Shown: positions 33,565 to 45,603, counted from the first letter of the stretch. The stretch is 64,000 nt of DNA from Thecamonas trahens ATCC 50062 (GCF_000142905.1 NW_013657678.1:310001-374000); one strand, 5' to 3'. Numbers and translations are program-made. The notes: generated by a model from the sequence alone, not told the origin.

Positions 33565-33704
33565 CGTATTCTCCCACTCCCTGTAGGGTGTGGCAAAGCT
33601 AAGCAAGAGTGGTGTCCCCACCTCCGTCCCACTTTGTAGCCCTCCTGGTCTTTCTCGGCCACTTCCACTGTCGTCCGCCACTCACCTTGCCTGACTGACC
33701 AGCA

Positions 33705-33800
33705 AACGACTTGTCCATATTGATTGATTCCTGTCAATACCCTGTCCTGTCCAATATATTGCTTCAATCGTTGATAGTTGTTTGTCCAATCAATGCATGG
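33705..33800. promoter_or_regulatory. AT-rich island with repeated TGTCCAAT/CAAT motifs in a divergent promoter
   Basis: TGTCCAAT twice plus the variants TGTCCATA and TGTCAATA, between the LRR gene and PIGO. Confidence 0.4.
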
Positions 33801-34130
33801 CTTGCCATTTCCCCCTCCCCTACCCCCCCCCCCCCCCTTCCCCCCCTTGTCATTTTTGTTTTTTTTAGCCTCCACCACCTGGTTTACCCGCTCTCCTGTC
33901 CCGCACCGGCAACCCAGAGAAAACAAAAAAATCAGCCCCCCCCCCCACTGCCGGGCTCCCCCCCTCCCCCCCCCTTCAGTCCTGGCTGGCTGCCCGCGCT
34001 TCCCCGCGCTGCCAACTCAAACTCAAACGCGAGCGCCCTCCCCCTCCCCTTCCTCCCCTCTCCCCTTTCCACTCTCTATCACTGCGCACACGCTACCACA
34101 TCACTCAGACCAGTCTCGCCACTTTGCTGC

Positions 34131-37100
34131 ATGGCGGTCCGTGGCTACCCACACGTAGCGTTGCCGCTGGCCACTGTCCTTCTCCTCGCCGCCCTCTCGG
34201 CGTACCTCTTCTCCTCGGGCTTCCTCCTCTCACGGGTCACGGTCCCCACCACTGCGAGCATCGATCAGCAGCGTCCGCCCTGGGTCCCAGCTCCGGCTCC
34301 GGCTCCGGCTCCATCGAGCGCAGACTCGAGCTCCAATACGGACTCTCGCTCGTCAGCCACAGCGGCGCCGACGGTCCACGAGCCTAAGCGGATCGTGATG
34401 GTTGTCATCGACGCCCTCCGCTACGACTTTGCCTTTCCGCCGCCGCCGTCGTCGGACGAGTTCAATCCAGCGTTCCATGGCCGGCTGCCTGTGCTGGAAG
34501 ACATTGCCGGGCCTGGCGGGGCCGGATTGGCGGTGCGGCTGCAGGCGGATCCGCCGACAACCACCATGCAGCGGCTCAAGGCGCTGATGTCTGGCGGCCT
34601 GCCGGCATTCATCGAGATCGGGTCCAACTTTGACGCCCAGGCGCTTGACGAAGACTCGCTGCCGCTGCAAATGCTGGGCGGCGGGAAGCGTGTGGCGTTT
34701 ATGGGCGACGACACGTGGGGTGGCCTGTTTCCGGGCCTGCTCGGCGCCGAGCCCGCGCTCTTTGACTCGTTCAACGTCAAGGATCTCGACACGGTCGACG
34801 CCGGCATCGAGGCCCGCCTCTTCCCGCTGCTGGAGCAGCCTGCAGACGGTGACGCTTACGACGCCATCATTGCGCACTTTCTCGGCGTCGATCACGCGGG
34901 CCACACCTATGGGCCGAACCATCCGCGGATGTCGGACAAGCTCGATCAGATGAATACCGATATCGCCCGCGTTGTTGCCGCCCTTGCTGACGACGACCTG
35001 CTGGTGATCCTCGGCGACCACGGCATGACGTCTGACGGTGGGCACGGCGGTGCCACGCTTCTGGAGACCGGCTCGGTTCTGGTGGCGTACTCCCCGGCAC
35101 GCGCCTACTCTTGCCTGAGCACGGCGCTTCCGGCAGGCACCGTTGTTGATGCGTACCAGATCGACATGGTGCCCGCGCTGGCGACGCTGCTTGGCCTTCC
35201 GATTCCGTTTTCATCGATGGGTGTGGCCTTTGAGCCGCTCCTCTGTGCACTTCCGCTCTCCCGCCTCGAGACTGCCCGCTTTGCCAACGCGGCACAGATC
35301 TCGGGCTACCTGCACGCGTACGGCGCGACGCCGCGCGGTGCGGCGGTGGCTGCCAAGCTCTCTCCTCTCCTCGCCGAGCTCGATGCTGCGCTGGCGAGCA
35401 GCGGCGAGGGCCGGAGCCATGTGCTCCCGCCGCTGCTGCGGAGCCTCTCGGACGCTGCCCGCGATCATTTCACCACCTTTGACCTTGTGGCCATGGCCAG
35501 CGGCCTGGTGTGCGGTGTGCTGGCGCTCTGCTGGCTAATCGCCATTGCTGCGGTCGTCCGTGCACCGCAGGCCTCGTGCTCGCCGACAGCGCTCACCATC
35601 CACGCCAGCATTGCCGCTGCTGCGGTATTCTACGTTGTCTACCGAATGCCGCAGGGCATGGTGGGCGTGCCGAGCGTTGCAGACATGCTCGGCACCGCCG
35701 GGTCGGGAACGCGGATCTCGGTCGGCATCGCGGCTGGGTGCATGGCTGGCAGCCTGCTCGCAGCGTGGTACATGATGAGCGAGGTGTGCGGCGGAGTGGC
35801 CGAGCTTGCAGCCGGCATGCGGCTGGTCAACGGGCCATGGTACGGCGCCGGTGCGGTGTTTGTTGTCCTGGTTGCCGTGGCGCAGCTCTCCAACTCGTAC
35901 GTTGAGGCGCTCGCGTCGGTGGTCCGGTACCTCACGCTCACCGGCGTGCTCCTCTCGTGGCGGGCCGGCGCCAACGCCTACGTCGAGCTTGGGCAGCCGC
36001 TGCTGCCGGCCAAGGCATGGACCATTCCACTCAGCTCGTTGGCCGGCCCGCCGCTGTGGCATGTTGTGCACGTGCTGTGGCTTGCAGTGACGGTGCTGGC
36101 GAGCGGGTATTCAGTGTGCGCCCCGGAGCGGGCGAGCTGCGCCGGCTCATCGTACGAGGTGCCGCTGCTGCTGCAGCTCTCAGCGCCGCTGCTAGTCGGC
36201 CTCGGCGTTCACCGAATTGTGCGTGGGCGACGCAACGAGCTCGAGCGCGGCGAGGTGGTGGCCAAGTATCTTGTGCCGGGCATCGGCGGGCTCATCTCTG
36301 CGCACTGGACCCTACACGCGCTCTCGATCCTCCCGGTCTCGAACGAATCGCCAGTCGGCATCATGGCCAACGTCGCGCTGCCGCGTGCAGTGTACGGCCT
36401 CGCCTTTGCCGCACTGGCGCTTGTGGTGGGAACGCCCAAGTTTGCTTTGACCCAGCTAGTGCCTGCGCGCCGGGAGGGCGAGGATGCGCGTCTGCTGGTG
36501 GTCGGCTTCTCGACAGCGCTTGGCTCGACGCTCCTCTGCGCGTGGGCGGTGGTGGCGCTGGTAGCGTCGATGGTTCTCGGCTTCCGCGCCGGGTGGTGGC
36601 TGCTGCTGGTTGCGGCGTGGATGGCTGCAGCAAGCAAGGCAGCGCACATGCTGTCGGGCCTCCACGCCAAGGCCAAGGGCCTGTACCGACGCAAGGGCGT
36701 GCAGATCATGCACGACCGAGCGCGCGACTCGTTTGATGGGGTCAAGAAGCGGCCGGGCCTTGTGCGGAGCGCCGGACGAGCGGCCGACGTGCCGGGGCGG
36801 TTCTTTGGCTCGACGGCAGTGCTCTGGTCGCTCGGCTTGCTGCTCTTTTACTTTGCGTCGGGCGGTCGGTACGCCTTTGCCTCGCTCCGTGTCGACGCCG
36901 CCTTTGTCGGCTTTGTTCGGCTCGACTCGCAGGTTGTGGGCGGGGCGCTTGTGGCACTGGCAACGCTCGCCGCGCCGATCTTGTTTGCACTCGGCATGCC
37001 CATGGCTGTGGTCTGGTTTGAGAGCCACAAGCTCCAGCGCGACTACCACCGCGACGCGCTCCTGCGGCGGATCCGGTACCCTCTGGCAGCCGGCGCCATG

Positions 37101-37351
37101 GTCCCTCTCGTCTCGCTTGTCTTTCCGAGGCTTTCCTCATGGTCGAGAACCGGCACCTGATGGCGTTCCGTGTCTTTGCGCCCAAGTTTGCCTTTGATGC
37201 GGTGCTCGCTCTCTCGGTACTGGCTATCTCGCTCTGCGCGTGGCTCCTCACCAAGCGGATTGTCCGCTACCTGGCCGACGCCGTGGCGCCGCACAGCCAC
37301 ACCGACGGCAGCTCTGGCGAGAACATTGTTGAGGCGGCAGCGTCTTTGTGA
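34131..37351 (+). CDS. PIGO: GPI ethanolamine phosphate transferase 3 (PIG-O/Gpi13), apparent frameshift ~37123
   Basis: IDALRYDF, DPPTTTMQRLK, MGDDTW, HFLGVDHAGH and GDHGM; multi-TM C-half; RHLMAFRVFAPKF lies in the shifted frame. Confidence 0.9.
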
Positions 37352-37367
37352 GGTTTCGGCGCAATGG

Positions 37368-38637
37368 CTAGCGCCGGACTGAAGCCAGCGGAGGGAACGA
37401 GGCGTTCTTGGAGAGAACGACTGTGGCCCGCTCGTGCGAGATGTAGCCCTTCATGTATCCCTTGTAGATAAAGTTGGCGAGCAGGCACTCGGTCTCTGCG
37501 TCGTCGGCTGACTCGCCGGCAAAGGCGAGGGCGGCGGTAAAGCTCGCGATGGGAATCTTGTTTGAGGCGACGATGGCGTAGACTTTGCGGAAGAGGTTGC
37601 GATAGGTGACGATGCGGAGCTGCTCGAGCATGAGGTACACGCCTTTGGCAATGTAGTAGCGCTGGTGGGCGGCGAGGGCGGCGTTGAACTTGGCGACGTT
37701 GCCCGAGACAACGCCGTCGGCAAGGTCGACAAACTCGTCAAGGCCGTAAGTGGCAAGGAGCGCCGGCTTGGGCGACGAGCCGAGAAGCAGCCGGACCGGG
37801 ACGAGGAAGACCAGAATGCGAGCGAGGTTCCCGCGGGCGTTCGGTCGCACAGGTCAAAGGCCTCGCCGAGCAGATTCGACGCCTCCTCGTACTTGCCGTC
37901 AAAGAGAGCGAGGCGACCAGTAAAGTACTTGTACGTCACCTGCTGCGAGATGCGGAACTTGGTCATTACCTTGGCGAGCCTCGTCTCAACGCTCCGGATA
38001 ACGCCCTTGCAGTTGAGGAGCAGATTGAGCTTAAAGTAGGCAAAGAAGAGCTGGTTGACCACAAAGAGCGCGCCTTCCTTGCGCGAACCCTTGAAGGCCT
38101 CGCGGGCGTTGATGAGTGCGGCAAAGATCTTGCGTAGTGGCTCGGTGCACTGCCCGAGGTACTGCTCCATCCCGCCGCCGGCCACCACGGCCTCGTCCGC
38201 CGCCATGGCGCCGCGCCGCAGCTGGGCGCACATCATCTCGACCACAGGCACGATCCAGCCCTTTTCGCTCCGCAAGATCTTGTGCAGCGCCGAGTGCGCC
38301 TTGACCAGCTCCTCGTAGCTTGCCACCGGATCGCCAGCACTCCGTGCCACTGCTGCATCCACCACGCTGCACACCAGCTCGGCGTGGACCTCCGACGGCA
38401 GATTCGCCCGGCTGATGGCTCTCTTCTGTTTCAGTTTGGTCTCATGAGTGAGTGGTGCTGATCACTTGCCATCATTTCCCCTCCCTCTCCATGCCGCGTG
38501 CCACATACCATCTTTCCAGCCGTGCGCCCATCAATACCGTCCCAGTCGCCCATTGTCAGCGACAGAGCCTCGGCCAGCCCGGGCCCGTCATTGCGGGCAA
38601 AGGCCCTCTGGATTCGGGGGGCGAATTCCTTTTCCAT
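37368..38637 (-). CDS. PCID2: PCI-domain protein PCID2/Csn12-like; intron 38508-38426; apparent frameshift ~37843
   Basis: NQLFFAYFKLN, VTYKYFTGR, YRNLFRKV, ECLLANFIYKGYMKGYISHE and VLSK..FP. Confidence 0.88.
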
Positions 38638-38874
38638 TCGCTGTGGTATACGTGTGTGTGTGGAGGTGGGGGGGGGGGGGTACGTGTGTGCGTGTGTGCG
38701 TGTGTGTGTGCGTGTGTATTGTGGTGGTGGTGTGGGCGAGTGCGGTGCTCGGCTTGGTTCGATGCCGGTGCTGCCAGTCATGAGAGTCATTGGTTGGCAG
38801 GCGACAAGCCGAGTCGCTCGAACTGGTTCGGTCGGCGGGCGACGTGCGCAGGGCCATACCCTTCCCTGTCGTCC

Positions 38875-38926
38875 CACCACCACCACCACCACCACCACCA
38901 CCACCACCACCACCATCACCACCACC
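38875..38926 (+). repeat. (CAC)n microsatellite
   Basis: About 17 units upstream of epsilon-tubulin. Confidence 0.9.
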
Positions 38927-38993
38927 GCAAGCAGCCACTCGCACACCTCTCTCCACTCTCTACCTATTCCCACTCACTGCCCATCCCCACGCC

Positions 38994-40496
38994 ATGGTCC
39001 GCGAACTCATCACCATTCAGGTCGGACAGTGCGGGAACCAGGTCGGGTGCAGGTTCTGGGACTTGGCTCTGGCCGAGCACTCCAAGGCGGCGGAAGAGGC
39101 GGGCGGAGGGCGGGAGAGAGAGAGGGCAGGGCCAGTCTATGATGATGCGCTCTCGTCGTTCTTTACAAACGTTGACTCGAGGAGTGGGAGGCGGCTGGAC
39201 GTCGGGTCGCGGCTGGCGTCGCTGCGGGCGCGGGCTGTGCTGGTGGACATGGAGGAGGGCGTGGTCAACTCGATCGCCGCCTCGCCGCTGGGCGAGCTCT
39301 TTGAGGCCAAGCAGTTTATCACCGACCAGTCGGGATCGGGCAACAACTGGGCCCACGGCCACGCCATGTACGGCCCGCAGTACGCAGACGCGCTGGCCGA
39401 GTCGATCCGGGTTCAGGCCGAGGCCTGCGACTCGCTCCAATCGTTCTTTTCGCTCCACTCGATGGGTGGCGGAACTGGGTCGGGCCTTGGCACCTTTATC
39501 CTCAACCTCCTTGCTGATGAGTACCCGTCGGTCTACCGGTTCACGACTGCGGTCTTCCCGTCGCCGGATGACGATGTGGTGACTTCGCCGTACAACTCGG
39601 TCCTCGCCGCTGCGCAGCTTGTCGAGCACGCAGACTGCGTCCTCCCGCTGGAAAACGCGTCGCTACTCTCGATTCTCTCACGGATCGAGGTAGATCTTAC
39701 GCCGCGTGAGCGCGCGCGCCGCAAGGCTGACTCGGCGCTCACCGACGCGCCCGACTACGCGTCAGACTCGTCGGCGAGCTCGTCGGCATATGTGGCAGGA
39801 ACCGGCGGGGCGGTCAAGAAGAAAAAGGCGCGCGCCTTTGACAAGATGAACAACATTGCTGCCCGTCTCCTGCTCAACCTGACGGCATCGATGCGGTTCG
39901 AGGGCTCGCTCAACGTCGACCTCAACGAGGTGACGATGAACCTCGTCCCGTTCCCGCGCCTCCACTTTCTTCTCTCTTCGCTCACGCCGCTGTACTCGCT
40001 CGCTGATGTGGCACTTCCACCGCGGGCGCTCAATCAGATGTTTTCGGACGCCTTTGCGCCTGCTCACCAGCTGACGTCGGTCGACCCGCGTGTCGGCGCG
40101 TATCTGGCCTGCGGGCTCATGGTCCGCGGCGACGTGCTCATGTCGGACATCCGTCGCAACATCGACCGCATGAAGCCGCGCCTCAACTTTGCATACTGGA
40201 ATCAAGAAGGTTGGAAAGTGGGCCTCTGCGCCACGCCGCCCATCGGCCAGAAGCGCTCACTCCTCACCCTCGCCAACCACACTGGCATGGCCACTATGTT
40301 TGACGGCCTCCGCGCCCGCTTCCTCAAGCTCTACGCCCGCAAAGTCTACATCCACCACTACACCAAGTACATCGAGCAAGAGGCGTTTACCCAGGCGCTC
40401 GAGACCGTCGAGGCCATGATCTCTGACTACTCGGCGCTCGAGTCGGCCGCCCCGCCGCCGGTCTCGTCCGGCCTGCGGGTGGCATCGACGTTTTAA
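38994..40496 (+). CDS. TUBE1: Epsilon-tubulin
   Basis: RELITIQVGQCGNQ, RARAVLVDMEEGV, GSGNNWAHG, GGGTGSG, SMRFEGSLNVDLNE and WNQEGWKVGLC. Confidence 0.93.
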   Translation: MVRELITIQVGQCGNQVGCRFWDLALAEHSKAAEEAGGGRERERAGPVYDDALSSFFTNVDSRSGRRLDVGSRLASLRARAVLVDMEEGVVNSIAASPLGELFEAKQFITDQSGSGNNWAHGHAMYGPQYADALAESIRVQAEACDSLQSFFSLHSMGGGTGSGLGTFILNLLADEYPSVYRFTTAVFPSPDDDVVTSPYNSVLAAAQLVEHADCVLPLENASLLSILSRIEVDLTPRERARRKADSALTDAPDYASDSSASSSAYVAGTGGAVKKKKARAFDKMNNIAARLLLNLTASMRFEGSLNVDLNEVTMNLVPFPRLHFLLSSLTPLYSLADVALPPRALNQMFSDAFAPAHQLTSVDPRVGAYLACGLMVRGDVLMSDIRRNIDRMKPRLNFAYWNQEGWKVGLCATPPIGQKRSLLTLANHTGMATMFDGLRARFLKLYARKVYIHHYTKYIEQEAFTQALETVEAMISDYSALESAAPPPVSSGLRVASTF

Positions 40497-40529
40497 CGCC
40501 GGGCGAGCCGCTCACTCGCGTAGCGTGAC

Positions 40530-41312
40530 TCACCCGAGGTACGCGCGCATGTCACGGAGCCACGCCATGTAGTCGCGGTGGACCTGCTCCTCGAGGAATG
40601 CGTTGATTCGCCCGACAAGCGCCTCGTCGACGCCGCGGGCCTCGAGGTAGTCAAGCACCCCGTCCTCGATGTCGGCCTCGTGACCGACGCTCACGCTCAT
40701 CTCCTCCTGCGAGAACTCGTGGACCCGAAGCTTGCGGTCACCCTGCTGGCCGACCTTGAGCTTCTCCACCGCGTAGTCGCCCTTCTCCACCACACACTCG
40801 GCAACAAGCACGCCGCCGTTGGGCTTGGACAACTGGACCTTAAAGTTGCTCACTAGGTCCTCACCTGGATCCTCGCCCATCATCTGGCTCAGGACCTCGC
40901 CTTGCGGCGCACCGCCCTCGGCTGCAGTCATCGCCGCTCCGATGACGTCCACGTGCTCGCCATCGCCGCCAGCAGCCGCCTCTTCATCGTCAGCGAGCGC
41001 AAACTCGATCGAGAGCTCTTCGCCGGTCTCTAGCGCCTTGCGCAGTTCGTACACCGTGCTCCCGAGCACATCATCATCGTCACCACCGAGCGGCTCGTGG
41101 ATGTAAAGCTCAAAGCCAGCATCCTCAAACTCCCGCTGCGTCGCATGCTCATCAAGCGACCCGCTCTCGCTCAGCTCCTTCTCCAGCGCCTCCTCCAGCG
41201 CCACGCCCGACTCACAGCGGACGCCCGTCCACGCCGGAAGCACGCCTGCTGTCGCCGCTGCCGCCCACCGCATTGTCACTGCCTGCAATGCTCCACTTCC
41301 TAGACGCAACAT
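40530..41312 (-). CDS. MAM33: MAM33/p32 (C1QBP) family mitochondrial acidic matrix protein
   Basis: Presequence, very acidic body, C-terminal DYLEARGVDE...E..HRDYMAWL. Confidence 0.8.
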   Translation of the reverse strand: MLRLGSGALQAVTMRWAAAATAGVLPAWTGVRCESGVALEEALEKELSESGSLDEHATQREFEDAGFELYIHEPLGGDDDDVLGSTVYELRKALETGEELSIEFALADDEEAAAGGDGEHVDVIGAAMTAAEGGAPQGEVLSQMMGEDPGEDLVSNFKVQLSKPNGGVLVAECVVEKGDYAVEKLKVGQQGDRKLRVHEFSQEEMSVSVGHEADIEDGVLDYLEARGVDEALVGRINAFLEEQVHRDYMAWLRDMRAYLG

Positions 41313-41968
41313 CTTCACCCAGTGTGACTTGTAGAGTTGTGTGTTGTGTGTCGAAGCGTATGTTGGTGTATGTGTGTGTGTGTGTGTGTGGGGGGGGGGG
41401 GGGGTGAGCTTGAGTCGGACGGGGTCGCTCTGGGACGTGTTCGTTCGTTCTCGGGCGACCCATTGAACGCGACATGGACATACCATGCCGCCTGCCAGTG
41501 GCCTGCCAGGAGCTTGTCAGTAGCCAGACCAGCACGCCTTGGGCACCTGCAAATGTGCTGCATCGGCGAATTTCATTTGCATTGTGTTGATGTGGCGGGC
41601 AAGATCGATCTGATGTAGTTTGGAGTAGTCGCGCGTTGCTGGGGTGCTTGTCTACCCCCGAGCACAGCTGCCTGAGCAGTGTCCGGATGAGGTTACCCGA
41701 TGGAGCGAGAGAGAGACAGGGATCGTTGTGGGAGACGGATTAACATGCAGAATCCACCACCGCCGCTACCACCACCACCTACCACCACCGACTCTGCCTG
41801 ATCAAATCACCCCCCCTCCCTGCTACTCTACCTCTGCCGCACTCACTGCAGCCAACTTTGCCCGATCCGGCCCGATCCAAGCCTCCTCCTCCTCACTCCC
41901 CCCCTCTCCCCTCCCCCCCCCTCTTCCTCCTCTTCACCCACTACCTCTCCCACCTCCATCTCGTACAC

Positions 41969-42673
41969 ATGTCAGGGCTTGTGCGCGCGGTGCGGCTGGG
42001 TGTGCGTGCCGGAGCAAACGTGGCTCGGGCCACAGGGCCCGTCCGTGGTGGCGGGACCCAGGCGCCGCGTATGGGCCGCGCCGCCCGTGGCTTGTTTGCC
42101 GGCAAGACCGTCCGCTTTGGCAACCATGTCTCCTTCTCCCAGCGCAAGTACGTTCACTTTCCCATGATAGTATGTATATGCATGGCATAGAGAGGATATA
42201 TGGAGGGGGATGATGCTGTGCTGCCGCTCAGAGCGGCGAGGATCCTTCTGTGCGGCTGGCCGATGCGTCTGCTCGGGAGGAGTACTCGCCATCCCTCGAC
42301 CGTGGACACGGCGCAGTAGGGGGGATGCGGACAGAGCTCACCGGGGGGCCTGTGGATGTGAGAGGACGACAGGACTCGGCGTAAGTGGGAGCCGAATGTT
42401 CAGCGGGCGTCGGCCCACTCGGAGCTGCTAGGCCGCCCGCTGCGGGCAAGGATGACCACCTACGCCCTGCGTTGCATCGACAAGGCCGGCGGCATCGACG
42501 CCTATCTCCTTGCCATGCCGGCCAAGCAACTGGCTGCCGATCCGTTTGCTGCCAAGGCCCGCGCCAACATTGTCCGCAAGCTCGAGCGCATCCTCCCCGA
42601 GGGTGCCACCCTTGGTGATGTTGCTGCCGCAGAGGCCGCCGTCGTCGCCAAGTACGCCACCCGCCGGGGCTGA
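41969..42673 (+). CDS. MRPL28: Mitochondrial ribosomal protein bL28m; exons 41969-42147 and 42373-42673
   Basis: GLFAGKTVRFGNHVS...KTRRKWEPNVQ...TTYALRCIDKAGGIDAYLL; GTACGT...CAG intron. Confidence 0.88.
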
Positions 42674-43124
42674 CTCGGCCGGTGAGACGCTGCAACATAC
42701 ACGCCATGCCACGCCACGCTAGCGCGCGCGACCACATGCAGCAGATGATAAAACCAACACAATCCCACGATATGATCCCATCCTACCTCCTCCCTCCCTC
42801 GGCCTCCAGTTCGGCCTCTCCCCTCTCCCTCCCCCGCTCACCATCCTCCCCGGTCCGGTCTCCCCTCCCCCTCCCCCTCCCCCCTCTACTATACCCTCAC
42901 TCCCTTTCCTTTCCCTTTGATCCCCGTGTCCATCCCCCTGATCCCCATTCCCCTCCCCGATTCCCCCTCCCTCCCCCCCCCCCCCCCCCCTCCCTTCCCC
43001 ACCGCCACCGCCAACCACCACCCAACGATGACGCGCGACCGACGGACGGACTGCCGTTTGCGGCGCCTCAACTTGTAGCTCTTGGAGGCTCTCCTCTTAC
43101 CACCTGACATCGACGACGACCGAC

Positions 43125-45557
43125 ATGCTGTCCCGTACATGGCTGACCACTCGCACTGCTACGGCAGCTGCGCGCTATGCCTCGTCAGCAGCATCGAAAC
43201 GTATGTGGCGTGTGTGTGTTGGGGGAGGTCCGGGGAGAGGGGGGGGGAGGGGGGGGAGGGGGGGTGGTTGGCTGACGGGCCAAAAACTGGAAGTGACAAA
43301 GTGCAACCCCTTGGGTGGGGGAAGGGGGGAGGGGGAGGGGGGGAGGGGGGGGAGGGAGGCAGTTGTTGGGAGAGGGCATGGAAGGGTGGTGCATACTCAT
43401 GCAAGGGTGGTTGCAGCGTTTGACAAGATCCTTGTGGCCAACCGGGGAGAGATTGCCTGCCGTGTCTTTGCCTCGGCTAAGAAGCTGGGGATGAAGACGG
43501 TGGCAGTGTACTCGGAGGCTGATGCGCATGCTAAGCACACCAAGATGGCGGATGAGGCTGTGTGCGTCGGCCCTGCAGCATCGGCGGACTCGTACCTTGT
43601 TATCGACAACATTCTGGAGGCTGTGCGGATGACGGGCGCACAGGCTGTGCACCCGGGCTACGGATTCCTCTCCGAGAACGCGGCGTTCTCGCAGGCGCTG
43701 GAGGACGAGGGCGTGGCGTTTGTGGGCCCGCCTCCCGGAGCGATCACCTCGATGGGGTACAAGATCGAGTCGAAGCGGATTGCGCAGGAGGCCGGTGTGT
43801 CGACGGTCCCGGGCTTTGCCGGCGTTGTCGGCTCTGCTGAGGAGGCCGTCAAGATTGCGGCAGACATTGGGTTCCCGGTCATGGTCAAGGCCGACGCCGG
43901 CGGTGGCGGCAAGGGCATGCGTGTGGCGTGGAACGAGTCCGAGGTTGCCGAGGCGTTCCGGGCGTCGACGGAGGAGGCTGCAGGCGCGTTCAACAACGCC
44001 GACTTGCTTGTGGAGAAGTTTATCCACGAGTCGCCGCGGCACATTGAGATCCAGCTCATTGCTGACAAGCACGGCAACGCGGTGTACCTCAACGAGCGCG
44101 AGTGCTCGCTGCAGCGGCGGAACCAGAAGGTAGTGGAGGAGGCGCCGTCTGTGGTGCTCACGCCCGAGGTGCGGCGGGCCATGGGCGAACAGGCCGTGGC
44201 GCTGGCCAAGGCGGTCGACTACTCGTCGGCTGGCACGGTCGAGTTCCTTGTCGACGCCAACCTCGACTTTTACTTCCTCGAGATGAACACGCGGCTCCAG
44301 GTCGAGCACCCGGTGACCGAGCTCATCACCGGTGTCGACCTTGTGGAGGAGATGTTCCGGGTTGCTGCTGGCGAGAAGCTCTCGATCACCCAGGACGAGG
44401 TCAAGATCAATGGCTGGTCGTTCGAGTCGCGTGTCTACGCTGAGAACCCCTACCGCGACTTTCTGCCGTCGACTGGGCGGCTGACCAAGTACGTCGAGCC
44501 GGGCGCAGACGACCCCAACGTCCGTTGCGACTCGGGCATTCTCCCCGGCTCGGAGATTTCGATCTACTACGACCCGCTCATCTGCAAGCTGGTGACCCAC
44601 GGCCCGACTCGCGAGGCCGCGGCCAACACCATGAAGCGTGCGCTCGACGAGTACGTCATCCGCGGCGTCGGGCACAACGTTCCGTTCCTCCGCGAGGTCT
44701 TTGAGAACGACGAGTTCAATGCCGGCAACCTGACCACCAACTTTATCCCGGAGCACTTCCCCGACGGCTTCCACGGCCACCAGCTGTCGCCGCGCGAGAA
44801 GCACGAGCTCCTGGCCTCGGCCGTTGCCGTCCACCACTCCAAGCTGGTGCGCGCCGCGTCGATCGACGTTGCCGACCAGGTCTCGTCGTTTGAGCGCCCC
44901 GACGGCGGTGACTTTGTGGTCACGATCGACGGCGAGGAGTTCCACGCCGGCATCATTCAGGGTTCGGACGACGCACCCGCAGTGGTTGTCCTCGGCGAGG
45001 CCGGCTTTGACCTCAACGCCCTCTCGGACGACGAGCTCGCCGCTGGCGCCGCCGACGGCTCGCTGCCGGTCACCACGTACCTCTTTGACTACGACTACAC
45101 CCATGGCACGGATCTTCTCCGCGGCTCGCTCTCGTCGACGGCCGAGGCCCTCGCCGACGACGCCGACGCCAGCGCCGATGACTTTGCCGACGATGTCGAC
45201 TCGGAGGTGATTGTCCAGGTTGTCGGCTCGGACGCCGAGACCTATCAGCTCCAGCACGTCGGCACCGTGTACGATGTCAAGATCGAGACGCCGCGCGTCC
45301 ACGAGCTCCGCCAGTACCTTCCGGCCAAGCCCAAGCCTGACCTCTCCAAGTTTGTTCTTTGCCCCATGCCTGGCCAGGTCATCAACGTCCTCGTCCAGCC
45401 GGGCGAGAAGGTTGCCGCCGGCCAGCCAGTTGCCGTCATCGAGGCCATGAAGATGCAGAACCAGCTCCTTGCCGAGACTGACGGCGTTGTCAAGGCCATC
45501 AACTACGACGAGGGTGCTTCGGTGGCTGCCGACGACCTCCTCATCGAGTTTGAGTAA
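43125..45557 (+). CDS. PCCA: Propionyl-CoA carboxylase alpha chain (mitochondrial); intron 43201-43416
   Basis: ILVANRGEIA, HPGYGFLSEN, GGGGKGMR, ERECS.QRRNQK, EMNTRLQVEHPVTE and biotin-site EAMKMQN. Confidence 0.88.
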   Translation: MLSRTWLTTRTATAAARYASSAASKRMWRVCVGGGPGRGGGRGGRGGGWLTGQKLEVTKCNPLGGGRGEGEGGRGGREAVVGRGHGRVVHTHARVVAAFDKILVANRGEIACRVFASAKKLGMKTVAVYSEADAHAKHTKMADEAVCVGPAASADSYLVIDNILEAVRMTGAQAVHPGYGFLSENAAFSQALEDEGVAFVGPPPGAITSMGYKIESKRIAQEAGVSTVPGFAGVVGSAEEAVKIAADIGFPVMVKADAGGGGKGMRVAWNESEVAEAFRASTEEAAGAFNNADLLVEKFIHESPRHIEIQLIADKHGNAVYLNERECSLQRRNQKVVEEAPSVVLTPEVRRAMGEQAVALAKAVDYSSAGTVEFLVDANLDFYFLEMNTRLQVEHPVTELITGVDLVEEMFRVAAGEKLSITQDEVKINGWSFESRVYAENPYRDFLPSTGRLTKYVEPGADDPNVRCDSGILPGSEISIYYDPLICKLVTHGPTREAAANTMKRALDEYVIRGVGHNVPFLREVFENDEFNAGNLTTNFIPEHFPDGFHGHQLSPREKHELLASAVAVHHSKLVRAASIDVADQVSSFERPDGGDFVVTIDGEEFHAGIIQGSDDAPAVVVLGEAGFDLNALSDDELAAGAADGSLPVTTYLFDYDYTHGTDLLRGSLSSTAEALADDADASADDFADDVDSEVIVQVVGSDAETYQLQHVGTVYDVKIETPRVHELRQYLPAKPKPDLSKFVLCPMPGQVINVLVQPGEKVAAGQPVAVIEAMKMQNQLLAETDGVVKAINYDEGASVAADDLLIEFE

Positions 45558-45603
45558 ACGCTACCGCGTCTACGCTCTCTCTGCGCTTGGCAGTACACTC
45601 GAT

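Noticed and set aside
41548-41582. TGCAAATG...CATTTGCA inverted repeat / octamer motif
   Set aside because: A single 8-bp inverted repeat is expected by chance; no associated snRNA found.
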